Both the position numbers and the translations under genes were made by a program. A stretch of DNA of 64,000 nucleotides from an uncultured Bacteroidales bacterium (lineage in GTDB: Bacteria > Bacteroidota > Bacteroidia > Bacteroidales > VadinHA17), in contig CAVRBS010000014.1 in the NCBI GenBank assembly GCA_963719235.1, positions 283,588-347,587 on the forward strand, in the 5' to 3' direction. Positions 31,107 to 42,007 of the stretch are shown piece after piece; within the stretch, counting starts at the first letter, position 1; each line of letters begins with the position of its first letter. Under the pieces are notes generated by a model. That model ran no database searches, was not told where the DNA came from, and worked only from the letters and a program-made list of their open reading frames with translations.

Positions 31107-31971
31107 TATCGAGCCCGGTTCCGGCTTCTGTTTCGGAGTGGAGAATGCCATCAGGATTGCCGAGGAGGAGCTCAGGGCAGGTGAAAAAGTATTTTGCCTT
31201 GGCGAAATAGTGCATAACGATACCGAAGTCGCCCGTCTGAAGGATCTCGGACTGATCACTATCAGCCATGAAGAGTTTGCAAAGCTCAGAGACAGCAAGG
31301 TCCTCATAAGGGCACATGGCGAGCCTCCTTCAACCTATGAAACAGCCAGACAGAACAATATTACGGTGATTGAGGCCACATGCCCCATCGTGCACTCTCT
31401 CCAGGGAAAAATAAAGCAGGTCCTGGCTGGCGTGCATGAAAAAAACGGTCAGGTAGTGATCTTTGGCAAGGAGGGCCATGCAGAAGTGATTGGCCTCCTC
31501 GGAGCTGCAGGCGAGAAAGGAGTACTGGTTACCGGATTGCACGATCTCGGTAAAATTGACTTTACAAAACCGGTATGGCTCTTCTCACAGACAACTAAAA
31601 GCAAGGTTGAGTATGCCCTGATAATTGAAGCAATTAATCAGAAGCAGGATAGCATGCGCACTGAAAACCCGGACATTTTCCTGAAGGTCTATAACACTAT
31701 ATGCGGCCAGGTCTCCGGCCGTGAACCTAAACTTAAGATCTTTGCAGGGCTGCATGACGTGATAATCTTTGTCAGCGGGAAGAACAGTTCCAACGGACGA
31801 ATGCTGTATGAGATTTGTCTGAACGAAAACAAGCGTTCGCATTTTATCTCCTCACCGGAGGAGATCAATCCGGAGTGGTTCATCAATGCCGTAAGTGCCG
31901 GAGTCTGCGGAGCGACATCAACACCGCGATGGCTCATCCATAAGGTTGCAGAGACAATTGAGAAGATGTGA
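31096..31971 (+). CDS. ispH: 4-hydroxy-3-methylbut-2-enyl diphosphate reductase
   Basis: GFCFGV, IVHN, IRAHG, ATCP, SQTT, TIC, SSNG, GATSTP. Confidence 0.96.
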   Translation: MKVDIEPGSGFCFGVENAIRIAEEELRAGEKVFCLGEIVHNDTEVARLKDLGLITISHEEFAKLRDSKVLIRAHGEPPSTYETARQNNITVIEATCPIVHSLQGKIKQVLAGVHEKNGQVVIFGKEGHAEVIGLLGAAGEKGVLVTGLHDLGKIDFTKPVWLFSQTTKSKVEYALIIEAINQKQDSMRTENPDIFLKVYNTICGQVSGREPKLKIFAGLHDVIIFVSGKNSSNGRMLYEICLNENKRSHFISSPEEINPEWFINAVSAGVCGATSTPRWLIHKVAETIEKM

Positions 31972-32042
31972 CGGCGGCCGGCAAATTCTAATTGATAATG
32001 TAAAAATAGTAGTACCTTTGTGCCTGAAAAATCTGACGTCCC

Positions 32043-33023
32043 ATGGGGAAAATAAATAAAATAGGTGTACTCACTTCCGGCGGTGACGCTCCGGGTATGA
32101 ATGCAGCCATCAGGGCTGTGACACGTACGGCAATTTATAACGGACTGGAAGTAATAGGCATAAGGCATGGTTATCTCGGGATGATAAATGCCAATTTCAA
32201 GCCGCTGCAGGCCCACAGTGTCTCTGACATGATACAGCGTGGAGGTACTATGCTTAAGACCGCCCGTTGCGAGGAATTCAAGACACCTGAAGGCAGAAAA
32301 AAGGCATACGAGAACCTGAAGGCGGCTGAGATTGACGGTGTGGTAGTCATCGGCGGCGACGGCTCCTTCATGGGGGCAAATATCTTTAACGAAGAGTATA
32401 ACATACCTTTTGTAGGTGTACCGGGGACCATAGACAATGACATATACGGCACTGACTATACCATCGGATATGACACAGCACTTAATACTGTTGTGCAGTG
32501 TGTTGACAAGATACGTGATACGGCCAGCGCGCTGAACCGACTGTTCTTCGTTGAGGTGATGGGAGCAGAAGCCGGGCATATAGCCTTGTTCAGCGGCATC
32601 GCCAGCGGCGCCGAAGCGATAATAATGCCTGAGATCAAAGGTGATGCGCGCGACATAAGCAAGATGCTTGAGACAGGAAATAAAAGAAAGAAATCAAGCA
32701 ATATCATCATCGTTGCCGAAGGTGATGAAGGAGGAGGCGCTATGGCTATCGCTGAAAAACTCAAGGATGAGCTTAAGGATTATGAAGTCAGGGTCTCTAT
32801 CCTGGGCCATCTGCAGAGAGGAGGCTCACCATCAGCCCTCGACCGCGTAAACGCCAGCCGGCTGGGCAACGCTGCCGTCGAAGCCCTGATGGACGGGCAA
32901 CAGAGCGTGATGGTAGGACTGCAGAATGACGAAATAGTGCTCGTTCCCTTCCGTAAGGCGGTCAAACTGCATAAAAAACTGAACCAGGGCCTGATTGATA
33001 TTATTGACGTGCTGAACGTCTGA
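32043..33023 (+). CDS. pfkA: ATP-dependent 6-phosphofructokinase
   Basis: LTSGGDAPGMNAAIR, IGGDGS, PGTIDND, EVMG, LGHLQRGG. Confidence 0.97.
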   Translation: MGKINKIGVLTSGGDAPGMNAAIRAVTRTAIYNGLEVIGIRHGYLGMINANFKPLQAHSVSDMIQRGGTMLKTARCEEFKTPEGRKKAYENLKAAEIDGVVVIGGDGSFMGANIFNEEYNIPFVGVPGTIDNDIYGTDYTIGYDTALNTVVQCVDKIRDTASALNRLFFVEVMGAEAGHIALFSGIASGAEAIIMPEIKGDARDISKMLETGNKRKKSSNIIIVAEGDEGGGAMAIAEKLKDELKDYEVRVSILGHLQRGGSPSALDRVNASRLGNAAVEALMDGQQSVMVGLQNDEIVLVPFRKAVKLHKKLNQGLIDIIDVLNV

Positions 33024-33044
33024 TCTCTGCTATACCAATTATTC

Positions 33045-34151
33045 ATGGGACCGTCTGAAGTTTTCTTCACTGATATGCACAGTACCCCTTCGGTTAATCT
33101 GTTGAAGAAACTCGAGAGACTTGTAAGGGCAGCGGGGTTTGACGATATTGATTTCAGCCGAAAAATGACGGCACTGAAGGTCCACTTCGGCGAACCGGGC
33201 AACCTGGCATACCTCCGGCCCAACTTCGCAGCATTGATTGCGGAAATGGTCAGGGAGAAGGGCGGCAAGCCTTATCTGACCGACTGCAACACCCTTTATC
33301 ACGGTATGCGTTCCAGCGCACCAGATCACCTCGAAGCAGCTTTCTCGAACGGGTATAACCCATTGAGTGCAGGCTGCCATGTGGTTATAGCTGACGGTAT
33401 TAAAGGCACTGACTACCGTGAAATTGAGGTTAACCTCGACTATACAGACAAGGCTATGATAGGGACGGCCATTGCTGATGCCGATATCATTATATCTCTT
33501 AACCACTTCAAGGGGCATGAGCAGACAGGGTTTGGTGGTGCCCTTAAAAATCTCGGTATGGGATGTGCTTCGGTGGGCGGCAAGCTCTTTCTTCATTCCG
33601 GCAATCCGCCTGTGATATATGAGAAAAACTGTACCGCATGCAATATGTGCGTTATAAACTGCGCTCATGATGCCGTTCACCTGCAGGATAACAGGAAGGC
33701 ACACATAGACAACGATAAATGCACCGGATGCGGACAGTGCGTGGCCGTATGCCAGTATGATGCCGCCAGGGTCGAATGGGGCGACGGGGGCGACACTCTC
33801 AGCAAAAAGATTGCCGAGTACGCGTGGGCTGTTATCAAAGACAAGCCATCACTGCACATAAACTTTATAATGGATGTGTCGCCTGACTGTGACTGCTGGG
33901 GGCATAATGACATACCGCTGGTGGCTGACATTGGCATCGCCGCATCAAAGGACCCCGTTGCCCTTGACAAGGCATGTGCCGACATGGTTGTAGCTGCACC
34001 GGCATCACCGCACCTGCGGGGAGAGGGGGGAGACCTTACCGGGGTGGACAAGTTCAGGATTGTTCATAAGAATGCCGACTGGAATACAATCCTCGAACAT
34101 GGCGAGAAAATAAAAGCCGGAACATCTTCATATAAACTTACAAGGATATGA
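33045..34151 (+). CDS. DUF362 domain 4Fe-4S protein
   Basis: KVHFGEPGN, HFKGH, GGALKNLGMG, two ferredoxin motifs, SPDCDC, DPVALD. Confidence 0.88.
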   Translation: MGPSEVFFTDMHSTPSVNLLKKLERLVRAAGFDDIDFSRKMTALKVHFGEPGNLAYLRPNFAALIAEMVREKGGKPYLTDCNTLYHGMRSSAPDHLEAAFSNGYNPLSAGCHVVIADGIKGTDYREIEVNLDYTDKAMIGTAIADADIIISLNHFKGHEQTGFGGALKNLGMGCASVGGKLFLHSGNPPVIYEKNCTACNMCVINCAHDAVHLQDNRKAHIDNDKCTGCGQCVAVCQYDAARVEWGDGGDTLSKKIAEYAWAVIKDKPSLHINFIMDVSPDCDCWGHNDIPLVADIGIAASKDPVALDKACADMVVAAPASPHLRGEGGDLTGVDKFRIVHKNADWNTILEHGEKIKAGTSSYKLTRI

Positions 34152-34537
34152 AAGAACCACTCTCCTCAAAACGGATTGCAGTACTGATAGTTGAAGACGA
34201 CCCGCACAGCCAGCTGTATTTCAGGAAGCTGCTGCAGGGGATGTATGACACCGCTGTTGCCTCCTCCGCCAAAGAGGCGTGGGATCTGCTCCATAAGGAG
34301 TCGTTTGACATGGTGCTGATGGATATCTCCCTTAAAGGAGACGAGGACGGTCTCTCGCTGACGCGTCGTCTGCGGGCAGAAGAGGCTTTTAAGACGATTC
34401 CTATTGTGGCAGTGACGGCATATGCATTTCCTGACGACAAACTCAGGGCTCTTGAAGCAGGCTGCACTGATTATCTGTCGAAGCCTGTCAGCAGCAATGA
34501 TCTGCACCTGAAAATTGCTGAGCTTACAAAAAAATAG
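34148..34537 (+). CDS. Single-domain response regulator (CheY-like)
   Basis: LIVEDD, LMDISL, AVTAYA, YLSKP. Confidence 0.9.
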   Translation: MKEPLSSKRIAVLIVEDDPHSQLYFRKLLQGMYDTAVASSAKEAWDLLHKESFDMVLMDISLKGDEDGLSLTRRLRAEEAFKTIPIVAVTAYAFPDDKLRALEAGCTDYLSKPVSSNDLHLKIAELTKK

Positions 34538-34601
34538 TTATTTTTGCAGACCATATTTTGAGGCCCCCGACTTCGCCGGCAGGCGGATACGGCGGTCAAT
34601 A

Positions 34602-34674
34602 CGGGGTGTGGCGCAGTTGGTAGCGTACTACGTTCGGGACGTAGGGGCCGGAAGTTCGAGTCTTCTCACCCCGA
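34602..34674 (+). tRNA. tRNA-Pro (CGG)
   Basis: Acceptor CGGGGTG/CACCCCG, anticodon arm CTACG-TTCGGGA-CGTAG, T arm GGAAG-TTCGAGT-CTTCT; TATTTTTG promoter element at 34539. Confidence 0.95.
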
Positions 34675-34891
34675 CAAAAGAAAAAGCCTGTCCGCTGAAA
34701 GCGGCGGGCTTTATTTTTATCCTGATGCGATGAAAGCTTGCTTTCAGAGAGATGAAGAGAAAAATGAAGACCACAGTGAGCGAAGCGAAACGACAGGGCT
34801 TTTTCTTTTCTTCAGCCGGCCCCTGGAAGTCCGTCCTGACCGATCCGCCTCCCGGTCGGGGAGCGTCGAGGACAGTCTTCTCACCCCAGAC
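34675..34891 (+). repeat. tRNA-linked element ending in a duplicate of the tRNA-Pro 3' end (att-like direct repeat)
   Basis: AGTCTTCTCACCCC at 34659-34672 repeated at 34874-34887; internal hairpin, TGAAAGCTTGCTTTCA (34731-34746), GAGCGAAGCGA (34778-34788). Confidence 0.75.
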
Positions 34892-35020
34892 TATTAAATC
34901 AAATGATCTTGTAAATCAAGTATTTACAGGCCATTTTCATTAGCAGTACAAAAAGTAGAACAAGATTTATTCATTGAAGAATCTATCCGGTATGATAAAC
35001 CTAAGGTGGTGTGCCAGGAA

Positions 35021-35686
35021 TTAGATTTCATCACCTGGTTTCAAATAAAATCCGATTGCATTAAGAGATTCACTCTTACGGTAATATTCAGGATCAGTTA
35101 GTTTTGTATTCTCCAGCCGAATAACTTTTATCATTACACTGCCATCCTTAGGTTTCATAACCTGAACACCTTTTGTCGACCTGCTTCCCACCGCATTGAT
35201 CTGAGAGGTGTTGAACAGAACAATCTTTTTAATGCTGCTCATTGTAACCAGATCAATATCATGTTCAATGAGTTCAATAAAGATCAGACGCGATTCACTG
35301 TTGAATGCATTCCTGAGTTTTTTCCTTGCGTACTCGGTTTGATAACTTTCCAGAGAAATTTTTCCGATTTTGCCATTTTCAAATGCTACAATCAGAAAAC
35401 CTTTATATCTCTTTTCTCCGGTCAGATAGATCGGTTTTTCACCTGGTTCAAGATCAATTTTCTGCAGTGCCTGAAACTTGTCCATAAGCTCCTTTTTCTG
35501 AACTTTATATACATTGCACAGGGAAGTAAAGACAAGGATCTCACTTGAATTTGAATTGTCCGATACTTTAATTGTTGTTGATTCGGAAGGAGATTCACTT
35601 CTGACATCATTTCTTTCTGCCATTTCTATTCTCCTTTTCAGACTTTCTGCACTTTGCATTGTTATCAGGTTTTGATTAAAATCCAA
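35021..35686 (-). CDS. Stand-alone DNA gyrase/topoisomerase IV subunit A C-terminal (beta-pinwheel)-like protein; N-terminus uncertain
   Basis: ILVFTS..VYK, GFLIVAFENGKIGKI, RKKLRNAF and SRSTKGVQVMKPK resemble GyrA/ParC CTD blades; no catalytic N-domain; TTG start. Confidence 0.55.
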   Translation of the reverse strand: MDFNQNLITMQSAESLKRRIEMAERNDVRSESPSESTTIKVSDNSNSSEILVFTSLCNVYKVQKKELMDKFQALQKIDLEPGEKPIYLTGEKRYKGFLIVAFENGKIGKISLESYQTEYARKKLRNAFNSESRLIFIELIEHDIDLVTMSSIKKIVLFNTSQINAVGSRSTKGVQVMKPKDGSVMIKVIRLENTKLTDPEYYRKSESLNAIGFYLKPGDEI

Positions 35687-35916
35687 ATGTGGGAATTATT
35701 ATTTTTCTTCCTTCAATAATTCTTTGAATTTCTTTGCAGTGACCACTGTCAGTTAAAGCCGTACTTATTGACCACATCCGGCTATCAGATTGCTGTAACA
35801 GTATCCGGAGGGTATCATATTGATCATGATTTGCAAATTCAGTAACTTGATAATTAAGTTATTTCATATAAATATTTTAAATTGAGGAAAGTTTTTTAAC
35901 CTAATACACTAGACCT

Positions 35917-36319
35917 ATGAAAATTCTAAGAGGAACTGTTTTCGGGGGGATAACCTACTTCTTCCTTGGATGGTTTGCATGGGGAATCCTGTTAATGGAT
36001 TTCATGTCAGCCAATATGAATCAATGTGCTGCCAGAACCGACGATAATGATCTGGTGGGCAATGATTGCCTCAACTCTTGCTGCAGCCCTGCTGCTGACC
36101 CTGATCCTGAACCGGGCCAAGGCCAAAGGTGTCACTAATGGACTTTTTACGGGGCTTTGTTCGGATTACTCTTATGCCTCAGTCGTCGATCTGTCATCAT
36201 GGTCGATGACCACGATGTTCAATAACTTCGGAGTATTGATTGTGGATGTCCTGGTTTCAACGGTCGCTTTTGCTATTGTCGGTCTGGTCATTGTACTGAC
36301 CTGGGGCAAGGAGAAATAA
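35917..36319 (+). CDS. Small four-TM membrane protein (frameshift near 36040)
   Basis: Two overlapping hydrophobic ORFs (GGITYFFLGW...; MIWWAMIAS...) join into one gene. Confidence 0.6.
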
Positions 36320-36333
36320 ACTTCCTCACCGAT

Positions 36334-36999
36334 TCAGTCGCCGGTCACGTAATCGAGCATTTCTGAAGCATTTTTATTCTCCGGATCAAGCTCCAGTGCC
36401 TGCTTAAAATACGTTTTCGCTTTATCGTAGTTGAAATTTTTCATATGTGTCCTTCCCAGGTGATAAAGCGCTGAAACATGTTTGTCTGTCTTGTTCAGCA
36501 GCTTTTCAAAAAAAGAGATCGCCTCATCATATTTCCCCGATGCCTTCAATGCAATACCCATGTAGTAGTTCGCCATAAGAGTTTCAGGACAGTACTCAAT
36601 AAGCTTCCTGTATGAGGCAATACTCTGATCTTCCTTACCAAGGTGATAGTAAGCAAGCCCCAGCCAGAGATATGTCATGGGTAATTGCTTACCCGATTCG
36701 ATTATCCTATTGAAAATCTTAACGGCTTCCGAAAAATTGGTGGATCTGTACAGAGCAACTCCCAGCTTGTACATAACATACGTACTGTCAGGCTTTATTT
36801 TCAGAACCTTTTCAAGGTAGCTGATTGACTTTGACATTTCGCCAAGAATATAGTACACATTGGAAAGCTCAAGCAGGATGTGTAAATTCCCTGGGTTTTC
36901 CTTCTCAGCACATTCAAAATATGCTGCAGCTTCTTTCATATTCCCTTCAAGAAGTGTCATGAAGGCACTATCAATGCATTTGTGACCTAATTCAGCCAT
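36334..36999 (-). CDS. Tetratricopeptide repeat protein
   Basis: About six TPR repeats (LG..YY..G...AI..Y...L...P pattern). Confidence 0.88.
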   Translation of the reverse strand: MAELGHKCIDSAFMTLLEGNMKEAAAYFECAEKENPGNLHILLELSNVYYILGEMSKSISYLEKVLKIKPDSTYVMYKLGVALYRSTNFSEAVKIFNRIIESGKQLPMTYLWLGLAYYHLGKEDQSIASYRKLIEYCPETLMANYYMGIALKASGKYDEAISFFEKLLNKTDKHVSALYHLGRTHMKNFNYDKAKTYFKQALELDPENKNASEMLDYVTGD

Positions 37000-37023
37000 T
37001 GGATTTATTTTTAATTGAATATA

Positions 37024-38391
37024 CTAACTACGGTTTGAAATCGGAATATACTCCTGTTTCCCGAATACATTCTTGAATGCCGGTCTGATGATCCTCTTTG
37101 CAGAAAATGTAAGCTCCTCAATACGGTGGGTGCACCAGCCCGAAACCCTCCCGATTGCAAACAGAGGGGTATACAGTTCCTTTGAAATATCAAGACACGA
37201 ATACACAAAACCGGAATAGAAATCAACATTGATACATACTACCTTGGTTGATTTTTCTCCCTTGAACACCCTGAAAACTTCAGGTGTAAGTCTTTCCACA
37301 AGGGAATAGAGTTCAAATTCATCAAGCCGGCCCTTTTCAATTGCCAGTTCTTTTGCCTTGGATTTCAAAATTGCTGCCCTGGGATCAGAGATAGTATAGA
37401 CAGCGTGCCCTATTCCATAGATCTTACCCGAGAAATCATTTGCCTTCTTATTGAGAATTTTCAGAAGATATGCTTTCACTTCCTCTTCATCCTTCCAGTT
37501 CTTTACATTAATCTTCATATCTTCCATCATCTCCAGAACCCTGACATTTGCCCCGCCATGCAATGGTCCTTTTAATGATCCTATGGCAGAAGTAATTGAA
37601 GAATAAATATCGGTTTCAGAGGAGCTGGTTACTCTCATCGTGAAGGTTGAATTATTACCGCCTCCGTGTTCAGCATGAAGAACCAGCAGCAGATCAAGCA
37701 GATCAGCCTCAAGTTTTGAGAAACCGTTGCAATCGCCTTTTATTAAATACAGAAAATTCTCAGCTGTGGTCATTTTGGGCTGAGGGTGACGGATTGAAAG
37801 TGTCTTTCCCTTGTACAGGTGCCTTAATGCCTGATATGAATAAGCAACTATTGTAGGAAATTTTGCAATAATATTCAAGGATTGCTTTATCATATTATCG
37901 AGTGCGATACTGTCCGGTTTCTCATCAAGAGTATATAAACCCAGCACGGATCTTGCAAGAATATTAAGTACATCCTTGCCCTTCATCGAAAGTATCATGT
38001 CTTTTGTAAAATCATCGGGCAGAGCCCGCAGGGAAGCCAGATGATCTGAGAACTCTTTCAGCTCTGCCTCGTTTGGCAGATGCCCTGTAAGCAGAAGAAA
38101 AACAGTTTCATCAAAACCGTGCCTGTCTGTCTTTCTGAAATCCCGGCAACAATATCTTCGATATCAATTCCCCTGTACAATAATCTTCCCGGAACAGCAA
38201 CTGAACTTGTCGCCTTCCTTCTTATAACCAACCACTTCCCCGACTATTTGTCAGTCCGACAAGAACACCGGATCCGTCGGCATTGCGCAGTCCCCGTTTT
38301 ACATCATATTTCTCAAATAATTCACTGTCGATCTGGCATGATTTCCTGTACCGATGCCTCTAGTCTGTGAAAATAAATTATTGTCTTTCAT
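37024..38391 (-). CDS. gltA: Citrate synthase (5' part frameshifted)
   Basis: LHAEHGGGNNSTF, LKGPLHGGAN, GIGHAVY...DPRA, NVDFYSG; upstream fragments GLRNADGSGVLVGLT, LYRGIDIEDI; ATG at 38391. Confidence 0.9.
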
Positions 38392-38417
38392 ATGAGTACT
38401 GTTATTAGTAATTGATT

Positions 38418-39686
38418 TTAAATGTTTGAAATTATCGCATCAGCAAACTCAGAGGTTTTGAGCAAGTTTTGCATTTTCGGTCAGCCTGTGAAAGTCATAG
38501 GTCACTCATTTTACTCTGTAATGGTCTTTTCGAGCCCGTGTATATATTTATCTGCAGCCTCATCCCATCCCATATATTCGAACATCAGTGCGCCGGAAAG
38601 TATTACCGAACCGGGATTAACCTTATCCTGATCAGCATATTTCGGGGCTGTGCCATGAGTGGCTTCAAAAATTGCATGGCCGGTTTCATAATTGATATTT
38701 GCTCCCGGAGCAATTCCAATACCGCCAACGATCGCAGCCAGGGCATCAGAGATATAATCACCGTTAAGATTTAAGTGTGGCAATTACAGAGTATTCTGCA
38801 GGCCTTGTAAGTATCTGCTGGAGAAATGCATCGGCAATCACATCTTTGATAATGAGTTTCCCTTCAGCTTCTGCTCTCTTCAGTGCCTCGTTTGCTGCAG
38901 CTTCTCCCTTCTCGACAGAGATCTTCTTATGCTGGTTCCATGTGAATACCTTATCGCCAAACTCCCTTTCAGCAAGGGCATACCCCCATTTCATAAATGC
39001 CCCTTCAGTATACTTCATAATATTTCCTTTATGAACCAGTGTCACCGAAGGCAAATTCCTTTTAAGGGCGAAAAGTGATAGCCTGTCTTATCAAGCCTTT
39101 CTGAACCTTCCCTGAAACAGGCTTGATACCGATTGACGAAGTTTCAGGAAACCTTATCGATTTTACTCCCATCTCATCTATCAGGAATTTTTTGACTTTG
39201 TCGGCTTCAGGAGTGCCATTCATAAATTCAATACCGGCATAAATATCTTCAGTGTTTTCCCTGAAGATATGCATGTTGACATCCTCGGGTTTTTTAACCG
39301 GGCTCGGTACGCCGCTGAAGTATCTTACCGGCCTGTAACATGTATAAAGATCAAGTAACTGGCGCAGGGCAACATTGAGTGACCGCATACCTTCACCAAC
39401 AGGTGTGGTAAGCGGGCCCTTGATGCCGACAAGGTAATCCCTGAAAGCAGCAAGGGTTTCATCGGGCAGCCAGTTTCCGGTGAGGTTAAATGCCTTTTCA
39501 CCTGCAAGCACCTCTTTCCATGCCACTTTTCTTTTACCATTATAGGCTTTCTCCACTGCAGCATCGAAAACTCTTACAGATGCCTTCCAGATATCCCTTC
39601 CGGTTCCGTCACCTTCGATGAATGGAATTACCGGAAAATCAGGCACAATCAAGTTTGCCATTTTCAATTCGGATTTTTTCGGCCAT
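38418..39686 (-). CDS. icd: NADP-dependent isocitrate dehydrogenase (frameshifted)
   Basis: [67 protein letters not shown] across consecutive fragments. Confidence 0.93.
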
Positions 39687-39723
39687 ATCAGTTATGTTTC
39701 ATGTATTTATTTACTAATCATTT

Positions 39724-41993
39724 TCAATTGTTTCTGCTTCTTATCAGATTCAATGCGCTTCCTGCCTTAAACCATTCAATTTGTGCTTCATTATAGGAAT
39801 GATTTGCAAAGATCGTCTCATCTTCTCCGTTTGAATGATGAATAATCATTTTGATCTTTTTCCCGGGCGAAAACTCATTGAGCCCTGTAATGTCAATTTT
39901 ATCAGTTTCCCTTATTCTTTCATAGTCATCTTTGTCTGCAAATGTCAGAGCAAGAACACCCTGTTTTTTAAGATTTGTTTCATGAATTCTTGCGAATGAC
40001 TTTGACAGTACTGCTTTTACATTCAGGAAGCGCGGTTCCATTGCTGCATGTTCCCTTGATGAGCCTTCTCCGAAATTCTCCTCCCCGACAACTATGGATC
40101 CCATTCCCGAGGCTTTATAAAACCTTGCAACCTGAGGGACCGGCTCATAATTACCGGTATCCTGGTTAAGGATATTATTTGCCTGATCATTGAAGCTGTT
40201 GATGGCACCAATCATATAATTATCGAGATATCCTGTCGAGATGTCCGCGATACTTGAGCCAGAAACCTGCCATTGAAATATGGTCAGTAGTGCATTTGCC
40301 CTTTAACTTTAATAAGCAAAGGCAGACCTTCATAGTCGTTCCCGTCCCATGCAGGGAAGGGATCCAATGCCTGAAGTCTTTCTGAGTCAGGATTAATTAT
40401 CACTGATATTTTTGCTTTATCACCGGAGGGTTCCTGCAATCCGCTCCGCATTACCGGTAAATCCATCCGGAGGAAGATCAAATCCTGAAGGCTCAGTAAG
40501 TTTTACTTTTTCACCGTTCCTGTTTGTAGGAAGTCGGTAACAGGATTGAATGTAAGGTCACCTGCAATGGCAAGTGCAGTAACAATTTCCGGAGATGCGA
40601 CAAAGGCGTGGGTATTAGGATTACCATCAGTCCTTTTTGCAAAATTCCTGTTGAACGAATGAACAACGGTATTTACCTCTTTTTTGTCGGCTCCTTCACG
40701 GTCCCACTGCCCGATGCATGGTCCGCAGGCATTTGCAAAGACATTTCCTCCGATTTTCTCAAATGTTTCAAGATATCCGTCCCTTTCTGCTATGGCGCGT
40801 ATCTGCTCCGAGCCCGGCGTAACTGTGAACAGCGATTTTGCCACAAGATTTTTCTTTATTGCATCTGCTGCAACTGATGCTGCTCTTGAAATATCCTCAT
40901 AAGATGAGTTTGTACATGATCCTATCAGTCCAACCTCAACTTTCAGTGGCCAGCTGTTCTTGCAGCAGCAGCCTTTTTCATTTCAGAAACCGGTGTTGCA
41001 AGGTCAGGGGTGAAAGGCCCGTTTATATAAGGTTCAAGCTCTGAAAGATTTATCTCAAAAACCTGATCGAAGTATTTTTCAGGATCCGCATAAACTTCAG
41101 CATCGGCAGTAAGATGTTCACTGTACTCCCTCTGCAAGCTCTGATATTTCCTCACGGCCGGTCGAATCAAGGTACTCCGCCATAGCCTGATCATATCCGA
41201 ATACCGAACAGGTTGCACCAACCTCAGCGCCCATATTGCAGATCGTTGCCTTTCCCGTGCATGACAGCGATTCTGCTCCCTCTCCGAAGTATTCAATGAT
41301 GCAGCCTGTCCCGCCCTTTACTGTAAGCATGCCCGAAACTTTAAGAATAATATCTTTTGCCGAAGTCCATCCGTTAAGCTTCCCTGTAAGCTTAACCCCT
41401 ATCATTTTCGGGAATTTCAGTTCCCAGCCCATTCCGGACATTACATCAACAGCATCGGCTCCGCCAACGCCAATGGCAATCATTCCGAGACCACCGGCAT
41501 TTACTGTATGCGAATCGGTGCCAATCATCATACCCCTGGAAAGGCATAGTTCTCAAGTATTATCTGGTGGATAATACCTGCACCCGGTTTCCAGAAATCA
41601 ATATCATATTTATTGCAGATCGAACTAAGGAAATCATAAACCTCTTTGTTGGTAACATTCGCAGTCCTCAGATCATCTGCCGATCCGGTTTTTGCCATTA
41701 TGAGATGATCGCAGTGCACCGAAGCGGGAACTGCCGAATAAGTCCTTGCCGGCCATCATGAACTGCAGCAGGGCCATCTGGGCGGTGGCATCCTGCATTG
41801 CCACCCTGTCGGGCGCAAAATCAACATAATCGACACCTCGCTCACAGGGCTTGAAACCTGTTTTGTCGAATAAATGTGCATAGAGCACTTTCTCGCTGAA
41901 TGTGAGCGGCTTTCCAAGATTTTTCCTTATCTCTCCTATGAGGTGAGGAAGCTTATCGTAATATGATTTTATTAATTCAATACTGAGAATCAT
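39724..41993 (-). CDS. acnA: Aconitate hydratase, mitochondrial-like AcnA (frameshifted)
   Basis: [64 protein letters not shown]. Confidence 0.93.
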
Positions 41994-42007
41994 TTAAGTA
42001 AGTCTTT

